Below are positions 1 through 9,668 of a stretch of 20,000 nt of DNA, piece after piece. The notes beneath the pieces are model-generated. The model ran no database searches. It saw nothing but the letters and a program-made list of their open reading frames with translations, and was not told the origin of the DNA. The position numbers and the translations under genes were made by a program. Every line of letters starts with the position of its first letter. The stretch's first letter is position 1. Source of the stretch: Vicugna vicugna (taxonomy: Eukaryota); NCBI GenBank assembly GCA_013265495.1, contig MU058065.1, positions 1,496,137-1,516,136 of the forward strand. Direction: 5' to 3'.

Positions 1-125
1 AGATAAAAGAATTTGCTCTAGGCATGGTCAGCTTTAACTTGTATGCGGTCAGCTTTAACTCCAAAGACAAGACAGTTGTGTTTTGTATTTTTCACAAAGG
101 GCAGCATAACGAAGTGATGGACCCT

Positions 126-281
126 CATTCTTTTGAACGTGGTCCATGGCCCACTAACATTGGCATCACCTGGTCATTAGAACTGTGGAATCTTTGGCCC
201 TGCACCTGACCTACTGGATCAGAACATGCATTTTAACAAGATCCCTGTGATTCATAAGCACATTGAAATTTGAGAAACACA
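126..281 (+). mobile_element. MER5A/MER5A1-type hAT-Charlie non-autonomous DNA transposon remnant
   Basis: Blocks GTGGTCC..GGCATCACCTGG..GACCTACTGGATCAGAA..TGCATTTTAACAAGATCCC..GTGATTC..GCACATTGAAATTTGAGAAACAC are colinear with the recalled MER5A1 consensus, and the length (about 155 bp) fits. Confidence 0.85.
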
Positions 282-1059
282 CACACCACACACACAGCTA
301 TAATTTTCGTGGTATTTTTGCAGTCTGTTGTCAGGTAAAGGCAATTGTGTGAGGGGGTCTGGTATGGTGTGGATCTACTCTGCAACTCTTTGAAAGAGTC
401 TCTGGAACCAAAGATAAATTTAGATGCAAACTGGACTGGTACATGGCTAAGTGACTTGAGGGAATTCCCTTATTTCGTTGTGTTAGGTTTCCTCCTCCAT
501 CTAGCACTTTAATTGTGGTGTGAACTTAAGTTAAACCTCGAGGTTAAGGAAAAATTCTGACACTTACGTGACAGAGTTGGGATCTGAATCTGCAGAAGTG
601 CTCACCACGGTTACAGTCCTAAGATAAATTCCAGGGTGAGGCCGGTGTGGCCTCGCTTACCAGAGAATTTTAAAGCAGGATCTGCCCAACTCAGGCAGGA
701 CACGCGGTGGTGAGTCCTGGCTGCTTTAGAAGACATGTGTTGCTATCATTTAGAAATCCTTAGTGATCTGAAAATAATTGGTTAGATTCAGAAAAGTCTG
801 ATTGCTGGAATCGGAAAATCATGAACTTTCCTTGAGTCTCAGGAAAAAGAAATAATTTTTCTTGTTCACATTTAAATGCCCTCAGGATGGGATTCCGTGG
901 AGTCAAAGATCTTGATTTTGCCACGATTAATGGGGTCTGGGACCCCTTGGGTTGGCTGTCTCTGGCCAGCATCTTGGGCTAATCTTTCTTCTCCACGACT
1001 GTCCAAGTTGAATTCCCTTGTGCACTTTGTACAGTAGGGCCAGTTTGGGAGTTGGTGTA

Positions 1060-1185
1060 GGGAGTATCAGATCGTGTGAGTCTGGAGGCTGGAATTCTAA
1101 CCCTGCCTCCGTGACCCTTTGCTTAACCGCTTCTCTTTGGAGTTTCGGTTTCTCGATTGGAGAAATTAGGGGATCCGTTGATTGG
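1060..1185 (+). mobile_element. Degenerate MIR SINE fragment
   Basis: CTGGAATTCTAACCCTGCCTCCGTGACCCT..CTTAACCGCTTCTCTTTGGAGTTTCGGTTTCTC..GAGAAATTAGGGGA resembles the MIR core. Confidence 0.5.
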
Positions 1186-1628
1186 GTTCTTATGCTTGCC
1201 GTCTCTGTCCTGGAGTTCTCACTGTTTCTCCTGCTACAGTCGTCTCTGACCTGTCCCTGCGCTTCATTTTCCTCACAGCTCTTACCACAATCTCAAATGA
1301 TCTTTTTTACTTGTTTAATTTCTTATTTCTCTTTTCCAGCCTCTCTGCCTTCAAACAGAAGTGCCACTGAGAGATGGGAACTTGTCTGTTTCACTCCTCT
1401 TATGCTGTATTTACTACATGAAAATAAGGCAGAGGAGGCTGCCTTCCCACTGCAAATGAGTGCTCAAGGAAAGTCAGGAGAGTGGGCTGGGTGGACATCA
1501 GTGAGAGATCGTAGTGGAATTATGAGTTAAAAATTGCCAGGTTGCCAGCGGCTGCTAAGGAAGTTCCCTGACTTGTCTTCTTCTTGGTCTGCTCGGTACA
1601 TGGTGGAAATGCAATTATATAGAAAAAC

Positions 1629-1845
1629 GCTGAGCACATCCTCTGTGCCAGGTACTTTACTCAGGTATCTCTCTTAATCCTCATGACATCTGTATGGTGA
1701 AGGATACGCCTTCTATTCCTATTGTATAGACGAGGAGTGAGATGCTTGGAGATCGGGAAGATGCCCCAGATCAAATGAGTAGTAAATGATGGATCCAGGA
1801 GCCATGTCCAGGCACTCTGACCCCAGGGTCTGTGTGCTCCCCGCT
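1629..1845 (-). mobile_element. MIR SINE (MIRb-like), near full length
   Basis: TGAGCAC..TGTGCCAGGTACT..TTAATCCTCATGACA..TATAGACGAGGA..TAGTAAATGATGGATCCAGGA..CCAGG..TCTGACCCCAGGG..TGTGCTC is colinear with the reverse-complement MIR consensus. Confidence 0.8.
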
Positions 1846-3407
1846 TACTCTCTTCCTTGGACCAGGTCCACCAGGCAGCCAGGCCTCATTAAACATGCTG
1901 TTAGCATCCTTGCGAGAGAGCAGACAGAGAAAAGGCAACCTCAGAGTCCTAGCCATAGGAAGAGGTTTGTAAAGAGTTTCTTAACAAGAGAAGAGTTGTG
2001 ATTACTGTTTGCTCTGCTTAACAATTTTCCATTTATGACATCTCAGCAACGTGGGGTATGGGGACTGACGCCAACTTCGGACAGTCAGTGCTCAGTCCTT
2101 TCCCAAGAACAGGGCTGGCACGGAGCGGGTTAAGCTCTGCAAACAATGGCTCGTTCAGCTCTTGAAAGGGGCATCCTTTGATTCTTCTCCTTCTGTAGAA
2201 ATAAATTTCTGGCACGATAAGCCTGGGGTAGTTGCACTGCAGCATTACATCTGCTACATTGTCTTTTGCAGCCTCGATTTTGATGTTTTTGTTTACAGAG
2301 GAGCGGGTTTTTTCCCCCCACTGAAGTGAGATTTGTTTGCCTCTTATCTTTCTCAGCAGCGTCAGTGGGCTGGAAAGAAATGCTTGTGTTTGCTGGACTC
2401 GACATGTTGACCTACATTAAATGATGCAGAAATAATAAAATTTAATGAACGTGACTGAGTTAGTGGCAATAGAGCAAAGCACTTGCCTTTGAAAACGTTA
2501 ATATTTTGCAATTGGATTGAAGTGGGAATGTCTGCCTCTGAGAATAGCAGAATTAATGGACCCAAATTGTCAAAAGTTCCTTTAACTGTGCTGCTAAATG
2601 TGACAATAGTTTTTCTAATTCAATTTCAGCATACCTTGTCTCCTGACGTGTAGAATTGGGGAAGCTGGGCAGCTCTTTAAGTTAAACGCCCAAGTGGCAG
2701 AGTTTAACAATAGCATATGGAGGAGGGTCTATTTAAAAAGGTGACACCATTTATGATGACCACAATGAGCCTTTCTTCATATGATTGTGTTAGTAATTAC
2801 CAATCTAAATGACTAATTAAGGCTGTCAGAATGACCTGTGACTTTTGATTTTCCCAATCACACATTTCCAGAAAAAGAACACGGGGCTGAACATTTGACG
2901 TGGCAAACAAGCAAACAAAGAACTTAACAAGGTTTACTATTCAATGAAATATGATAAATTATTTTTGAAGACTCACCATTGGTTTGATTAGCTCTTAAAT
3001 TTTCCTTTGTCACACTCTTCAGGAGAAAATGGGACTTGATTCTAGCTGAAAAAACTTCACAAAAAAGAAAGTCTTACTGGAGCTCAGTCACTTTTTTGAA
3101 GAAGAAAGTTCAAATACGGAGAAATGATATTTAAAGTCATTTACTTTTATGTTTTTTACATTATTTATTTTAAAGTCAGATATTTTATTCAAAAGAGGGT
3201 TTTATTTTCAAATGAAAAGCGTTCCAGTTTGCTTTAAAGTATGCCTATATACATAGCTATAAAAGCACCCTGTACATGAAACTGCTGGTAATAAACTTTA
3301 TTGGCATACTAATATGCATCGATAAGATTTTTTCGGGACCTTTCTGAGTGCTAACAGGGAAGGTTCATTTATTAACTTAAGGTTTTTTGAAGTCAGAAGC
3401 CATTATG

Positions 3408-3469
3408 CACCAGCAATTGACACAACATTGTAAACTGACTATAACGCAATAAAAAAAAAAAAAGAAAAA
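3408..3469 (+). mobile_element. Severely 5'-truncated young L1 (3' UTR end plus poly-A) with TSD
   Basis: CACCAGCAATTGACACAACATTGTAAACTGACTATA matches the recalled artiodactyl/camelid L1 3' terminus. AATAAA at 3448-3453 runs into an A-tail. It is flanked by the perfect direct repeat AAGCCATTATG at 3397-3407 and 3470-3480. Confidence 0.9.
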
Positions 3470-3539
3470 AAGCCATTATGTGGTTGCTATTCAATCAATT
3501 TGAAAAATGTATCTTTTTATCTTTAGGAGGCAGTGGTTT

Positions 3540-3645
3540 CCGGGCTGTAACCTTGGCCACGTCTTTTGGCTTCTTTGGGTTTTAGTTTCCTTGTCTTTAA
3601 AACCAGAAGGTTGGATAACCAAGACCTCTAAAGGTGCATTATTCC
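3540..3645 (+). mobile_element. MIR SINE fragment (MIRc/MIR3-like)
   Basis: CTGTAACCTTGGCCACGTC..TTAGTTTCCTTGTCTTTAAAA..GGTTGGA..GACCTCTAAAGGT matches the MIR core plus a MIRc/MIR3-type tail. Confidence 0.7.
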
Positions 3646-4289
3646 TAAAAGATCTAGGAAGTTGTTATTCTTTTTTAAGAGGTTTTCATAGAGGATAACT
3701 TTTTTTCATTTTAATAACACCATTATGGATTATTGATTAGAAGAGCTGATTTTAGCAACTAGAAGAAAGGCTCCGGATGAGCTACCACCAGCTTTGCATT
3801 TCAGCAATGAAAGTGGTCGCACAAAGTGGTTATTTGAGGATGCAATGGTGGGGATAGCAATCTATACACACAAAGGGTGAGGCAGTGGCATCAGCATTGG
3901 CAAAAGAACAGCCAATAGCGGCGAAGGTGGGCAGGACAGGTTCTTCCAACCTGGTGGAGGCTCAGAGGGAAGCGTGTCATCTCATTTCCCGCTTTCTGTC
4001 CCTGCAGAGATCCGCAGGACCCATCTGCTTTAAGGGCGTGGGGTCTCTGGTTCCCATGCCCAGTCTTTGTTAACTGAAGCTCTCTGGCTTAGCGTCTGTC
4101 CCAGGTTCCTCTTAGCACCCACGTGACTACAATATAGGCAAGGACAGGACGGGGGAGTTTGAACTGCCCTCCAGGCTCCACACCTTCTCCCTGTAATCAG
4201 AAAGCAGCAAGACCACTCTTTTTCAAGTTCTGTCCCTGGCACCTCCTTCTCACACCTTAGAAAGGTAATGTGATATATCTCTGCCCAGG

Positions 4290-4325
4290 TATGAATCAAC
4301 TATACTTAAATTTTAAAAAAAAAAA
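4290..4325 (+). mobile_element. Short L1 3'-terminal fragment with A-tail
   Basis: AATCAACTATACTTAAATTTT followed by an A-run resembles the artiodactyl L1 terminus (TGTAAATCAACTATACTTCAAT-polyA). No TSD is visible. Confidence 0.55.
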
Positions 4326-4844
4326 GATGGCAAGGCTGATCAATATGGGACATTTTTAGGAGGGGCAGGGTCTAATTATGCCCTGAGTAGAATTTTTTGT
4401 TTGTTGATGCTGTTGATAATAATGATGATAATAAAATCAATAACAATAAAAACTTGAAAAGAAAAGAAAAGACAGCAAAGCCTTCCTTCTCAGATTGTTC
4501 TCCTAGCAACCTGATCCCTAATGAGGTCCAGCGTATTTCGTTCAGCAGTTAGAAGTCAACGGCAGTTAAAGACAGAAGATGGCCATGGACTTGAATTCAT
4601 GCCAAAGTGTAAACCCGTTCCCCAGCAGGTGTACGTTGGAAAGAGCCTTTAGGATAGAGGAGCGTATGAATGGGAGACTTGTGCCAGAAATAATTTTTCA
4701 TCCTTTAGTGGTAGCTCGTCTGATACCTGTCACGTAAACCGCAGTTTACATGGCATTTGCCCCTGTTGCCTCTCCTGGACCAGGAGGATGGGGTGGTGTT
4801 TTGCCCTCACGTTTCCAAAACCCTGAGAGACCCGCAGGCCAGGC

Positions 4845-4920
4845 ACTGTGCTTATGGTTTCCCTGTTTCCAGGGCAGCAAAACATCTGGCACGTAGTAGG
4901 TGTCTGCTGAATGCTTGTTC
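4845..4920 (+). mobile_element. L2 3' end fragment
   Basis: ACATCTGGCACGTAGTAGGTGTCTGCTGAATGCTTGTT resembles the L2 terminus GCCTGGCACATAGTAGGTGCTCAATAAATGTTTGTTGAA. Confidence 0.6.
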
Positions 4921-5689
4921 CACGTAAGAAAGAACGTCATCCTTGGAGATGGCAGAAGTACAGGTTAGGCAGGTGAGAGAAAATCCAAGTGCCTGGTTCA
5001 CAGGAAAGATTCTCAGGTGTCCTGGGGAAGAAACACTTCGTCAGTAAAGTACGTGCATACGGTATCTACTTGGTCGTCACTGACTGAACTGAAGTAACCT
5101 GGACAGAATTGAATCCAAGATACCCGCTGAAGGCTATTCAAAGATTTAAAAAAAAAAACACAAACCAGTTACAATGTTGATTGGCATGAATGGATGCTCT
5201 TAAATAAGACTTAGCCACAGGAACAGGTGTTAGTGTTGCCCCGACACCAGCTCCTCCCCTTGTGGGCATCTTGGTGGCGCACACAGACCTCACTGTCTGG
5301 CCGGGGAGGTGACTGTCATTCCCTTGGATGCTGTTAGCCGTCACGAGGCTGGGAGAGAATGAAGCTCTGAGCCGGCTGCAGAAGATGATTGATTAAAATT
5401 CAGGAAGTGTGGGCGACAGAGTTTTGACAGCCGTCCGTTCCCAGCCCCATGATGGAGAGCAGTTTACGTTTTCAAGAAAACCCTTAATGAATCACCAGAG
5501 CTGTACGATTTTATCAGGGACTGTGAGGGCTATTTTAGTTCTTAAAAACTGTGCTGCTTTTCTTTCGGTCAAAGAGCAGCCCTGATCCTGTTTCAGAGGA
5601 TTGCGAGAATGGTGCTCTAAGTGTTCTTTTTAATTCCAATTTTCATCTAATAGTCTCTTTTTGCAGCAGTACTTTGAAAACCTTCATTA

Positions 5690-5800
5690 AATTAATAACT
5701 CAAACTATAGAAAATAATAAAAAAAAAACCAGTGATCACCCATAATCTCACTGCCCACTGGGAACCACTTTTGGTGTGTTAATTTGAAACATTTGTCTGT
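5690..5800 (-). mobile_element. Old L1M(E)-type 3' UTR fragment
   Basis: AAACTATAGAAAA..ATCACCCATAATCTCACTGCCC..AACCACT..TTTGGTGTG resembles the reverse strand of L1ME-family 3' ends. Confidence 0.5.
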
Positions 5801-6029
5801 TTACAAAAATACTCTTTGACACACGTTTATGCTAATATCAAATATTTAAATTTTTAATGTGTGTTAAGGGATTCAAGCTAAATTTCATCCTGAGAATTCT
5901 TTTTTTTTTCCCCTCAGTGTTTATGTACACCAACACCACATGAAATGCACGTTGGGTTAAGGAAAGAGAAATTGTGGTCCGTTTCTTGGCATCTTACAGA
6001 AGTAAATGTGTAGACCTGAAGGAAAACTT

Positions 6030-6130
6030 AGTCTAAAGTGGATAGAGAAGCTGAGTCACAGGGAGGTTTAAGTGGACATGGATGGGGTGACAGAGCAAGG
6101 CCATGACAATCTCTAGCCCGGAGCCTTTTC
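6030..6130 (-). mobile_element. Degenerate MIR fragment
   Basis: GAGAAGCTGAGTCACAGGGAGGTTTAAGTGGAC..GGTGACAGAGC resembles the reverse MIR core GAAACTGAGGCACAGAGAGGTTAAGTGAC..GGTCACACAGC. Confidence 0.55.
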
Positions 6131-6543
6131 CCCCTTGACCCAGTACACCATCAGCAGCCGTAAGAATAACTTAACAACGTCCAGTAAAAGTGAATCAGCC
6201 TTAAGCCTAGTAGAGCACTACCTTCAGAGGAGTTTAAATGGTACCCATGCTCGTAACCTGAGCGTGGACACACAGCTGACGTCTTGAACAGTTGAGGTGG
6301 GTATTACCTGTCTCTGCTGAGAGCCTGTGACCTGTGTTTGGTTGAAGATGCGCGCCTCTGACTTGTGAGCGCAGGGCAGGGCGCCCTTGTGCCCTTGGGC
6401 TTAAGTCTTTCCTATCAGCTGACATGATGCCTTTGGTCACCACCTCTAGTGATCTGAAAGGCGACTTGTGATCTCAGAGCCCAAAGAAATGATCAGAGCT
6501 TGGCTGAGTCTGGACTTCTGTGAATCTGTAGAGATACAAACAC

Positions 6544-7095
6544 TGTCACTTCTATTGCTGCCATAACAAAATTACTACAAATGTGTGATATGACTAGCGC
6601 AGATGTGTTACCGTACTATGATGCAGGTAAGAGGTCCTGCAGGGTTCTCACTAGGCTAAATCAGGGTGCCGGCAGGGCCGTGTCCTCTTCTGCAGGCTTG
6701 AAGAGAAAATGTGTTTCCTGCTCATCTGGGTTGTTGGCAGCAGAATTCCTCGTGACTGTAAGGCCTGTTTTCTTGCTGGATGTAAACTGAGGGCCATTTC
6801 CAGCTTCTAGAGGCCACTCCATTCCTTGGCCACAGCCATTCTGCCATCTTTAAAGCCAGCAATGGTGGGTCAGGTCCTGCATGTTTCACATCTCTCTGAC
6901 TCACTCTTCTGTTTTCCTCTTTTGCTGTGAAGGACTCATGTGATTAGATGGAGGCACCTAGATAATGCAGGACCATCTCCCCATCTCAATGTCCTTAACG
7001 TTAATCACATTTGCGAAGTCCCCTTCTCCAGGGAAGCTGGCGTATCCCCAGGTTCTGGAGATTAGGATGTGGACATCTTTGGGAAGCCTACCACA
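6544..7095 (-). mobile_element. ERVL-MaLR solo LTR, MLT1D/MLT1E-like
   Basis: Begins TGT..CTATTGCTGCCATAACAAAATTACTACAAA, contains CCAGCTTCTAGAGGCC and TTAATCACATTTGCGAAGTCCC, and ends GGATGTGGACATCTTTGGG..GCCTACCACA. About 550 bp with TG...CA termini. Confidence 0.9.
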
Positions 7096-7179
7096 TGTAT
7101 ATTTAGAAGGCTTATTAAAAGGATGAATTCCTCCCCAAGTACTGTGTTCTGATCCTAACACAAAGTGGAGGAAACTGTG

Positions 7180-7340
7180 TTTTCTTAAAGACCAGAGTTC
7201 AGTTCCAAAACCTGACACTTTTCATTGGTGTGGTCTTGATTAAGTTAACAAACCTTACCTTTCTTTTCTCCCTGTAAAATAGGGAGATACGAAGTTCCCA
7301 TGAGGATCAAATCACAGCATGCTTTAGAGTTTTCTAAGCT
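7180..7340 (+). mobile_element. MIR SINE fragment
   Basis: AGACCAGAGTTCAGTTCC..GGTGTGGTCTTGATTAAGTTAACAAACCT..TTTCTCCCTGTAAAATAGGGA..ATGAGGATCAAAT is colinear with the MIR consensus. Confidence 0.65.
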
Positions 7341-7790
7341 ACTTACTTTCATGTTCATTGTCAGGGTTGTCATCTATCTAAGAAAACATTGCTCATTTGC
7401 TTTTGTGCCCATCCTTCTAAGAATGGACATCTTGGAATGAAGATCACCATGACTCAGTAGACCATAGACTGTCACCAAACGTGGCTGTCATGGGGCCTCC
7501 TCTGGGCATTCAGGGGACTTTGAACTCTATCAGAGATCTGCTTAGAGCCTAGTCTCTGACCAGTCCTCCTCATTTTGTTTATATGAGAGTATCCATGGTA
7601 GATCTCAAACTCACCAGACCCTGAACTTCCTTCTCCATGTTTTCTTTAGTATCATCCACTGAGGAGTCTGGTGATCAGCACCAGATGAGCTATCTGCAAT
7701 TTGTGTGCACAGACTCAATGACCATGACTCAGAAAGATGGGCTGAAACTCTCTTTTATCATTTAACCTAATGGTTAAAAGAACCATTTAA

Positions 7791-7926
7791 GGAGGGAGGG
7801 TATATAGCTCAGGGGTAGAGCTCATGCTTGGCATGCACGAGGTCCTGGGTTCAATCCCCAGCACCTCCATTAAATAAATAAGTAAATAAATAAACCAAAT
7901 TACCTCTGCCCCAAAAATTTTTTAAG
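7791..7926 (+). mobile_element. tRNA-Ala-derived SINE, camelid vic-1 type, full length with TSD
   Basis: tRNA-like head with A box TAGCTCAGGGG (7805-7815) and B box GGTTCAATCC (7848-7857), then a (TAAA)n region and AAACCAAATTACCTC tail. TSD is AAAAGAACCATTTAA (7776-7790) / AAAATAACCATTTAA (7927-7941), 14/15 identical, at a TT/AAAA L1-endonuclease site. Confidence 0.92.
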
Positions 7927-8119
7927 AAAATAACCATTTAACACAAGCAGTTTTACTCAAAATAGCATTTTTGACTCCTTAGCAAGCAGAGACTCAAGTC
8001 TATTTTTGGTCACAGAAGTGTGGATCAGGTATTCCTCAATATATTTTCAGTTCACAGAATACACTGAGAGGAGACGGACCACTTAATGTTGGGGTTCACC
8101 AGGGATCGAGCTTTAACCT

Positions 8120-9086
8120 TCTTCTCTCTGCCTTTCCCTCAAAACACCTCCCCCTGTGGTTCCTCGTCTCCCGCAGACTCAGCCCTCACTCGGCACTGGT
8201 GCTTCCAACTTCGTCTCCACTCTGCTCTGCTTCTGAGCTCTGCCCGTTGATACCTCTGTCCTGGAGCACCCCAGTTACTTCAGGCTCAACAGGATCCTTT
8301 GCTAACACTTGTTTACTTGCCTCCTAAATCTGTTTTATTTCTTCCTGAGTTTTCCCTTAGTCTCAAACTGAAACTGTGCTGCATTCTTCCCACTCCCTGC
8401 CACCCCTCGTCGGATCCTACTCCACATGCTGACAGTTCTGCCTCCTAAATATTTCAGTATTAATGATACTCTCCAGCCTTAATGATCTTGGCAAGTCCCT
8501 TGCGATTCCTCCCCCAAATTGTCTTTTGCAATGTTGGTGACATTTTTTTTCCAGCCTTCTAACTAATCACCTTCCCGTCTCTGGTCTCCCCACCCAGTCA
8601 TCACCGTCCACAGTTGGTCTGTCTTATCTACAGTTCTGATCATGATGCATTTCTTCCTGAGTGCTACTAATGCTCCCAATTACGGCTCCAAGGGATTAAG
8701 TCTCACGTGGTTCCAATCTACCCTTCCAGCCTCACGTTCTAGCAGGTTCTTTCCTCACTGCATACTATATCCACTTAAAGTTCTAGGCATTCCCCACGTA
8801 TGTCATGCACTTTCGTACCACCAGCTGCGCCGGGTACCCTCTCCTCCTTTCCCTTCTTGTTCAGCTCCTGCTTTCAAGACCCAACTACAAGTTTCTTCCT
8901 TCCTGGTTACCCTCCCCTGAGTCCATACGCGGACGTGGAGTCTCTTCCTCTCCTGTGTTTCCCTAGCACTTCTTGAATATGTGAATTACTTTTCATTGTA
9001 ACTGTTTAGTTGTCTCACTTCACTGGACAGTTTTATTATACAGTTTTATTATAATGTAATAAACAATTCTTGGTTAGATGGATGGA
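8120..9086 (+). mobile_element. L2 LINE 3' portion, highly diverged
   Basis: C/T-rich tract with L2-like blocks (ACTTCAGGCTCAACA, TTCTGCCTCCTAAATATTTC, TCTGATCATG, CTTTCAAGACCCAACT, TTCCCTAGCACTT, TTCACTGGAC) ending in AATAAAC..TTAGATGGATGGA. Confidence 0.7.
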
Positions 9087-9668
9087 GAGATGTATGTGCA
9101 TATTTAGAGTTCTTTTAAACCTTCTGATCACGCCATGTCCTTTTGAAAGGGAAATGCACTGCAGATATTGGAGTGCAAGAGAAACAATAAGGCATTATCT
9201 TTCTTTTCCTTACTTAGATGTTTTAAATATTACCTAGCTTTGGAAATAATCGCTGGGCATTCAGTCTCATGCTTCTGAAAAAAAAATGAAACGGGTTCAG
9301 AAATTTTTGAAAAGGGCCCATTTTAATTACTGCCTTTCAGTGAAAGGGATGTGACTGTGAGGAAAAATTGCATTTTAGGTCTGCGAATTCTTTATTTTTC
9401 TAACTGCACACCTTATCATTTCCCATTGGAATTTTTAGCTCCTTGAACATTTCTAACATTTCTAAATGTTTTTTTTCTAGTTGCAATGGATTATAATAAA
9501 TTGTACATTAATTTTTTAAATGAATTGTCCAGTTTGCTGGGGAAAATGTGGAGACCTTAAATTGCCCTGTTGCTAACACTGGACGTCTTTAATCTAATAG
9601 TTCCAGACCCCAGCCTCCCTTTGCTGCCTGGGTCAAAGGCCTGGAAGCCACCTTTGAGCACATGGTGG

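Noticed and set aside
661..767. Minus-strand exon bounded by TTTTCAG and CTG|GTAAGC
   Set aside because: There are stop codons in all three frames and no other support.
1018..1530. Longest ORF (170 aa)
   Set aside because: It has a TTG start, overlaps a MIR remnant and a pyrimidine-rich tract, gives a low-complexity L/S/F-rich product, and shows no recognisable domain.
6581..7218. ORFs at 6581-6790, 6722-6904 and 6958-7218
   Set aside because: They lie within or mostly within the non-coding MLT1 LTR and are chance frames.
7446..7732. ACCATGACTCAG pair as the TSD of a ~260-bp insertion
   Set aside because: The intervening sequence has no poly-A tail or terminal repeats and includes an old MIR-like trace. 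It is kept only as a motif observation.
7794..7869. Functional tRNA-Ala gene
   Set aside because: The acceptor stem does not pair (GGGTATA vs CACCTCC), and the sequence has a SINE tail and flanking TSD.
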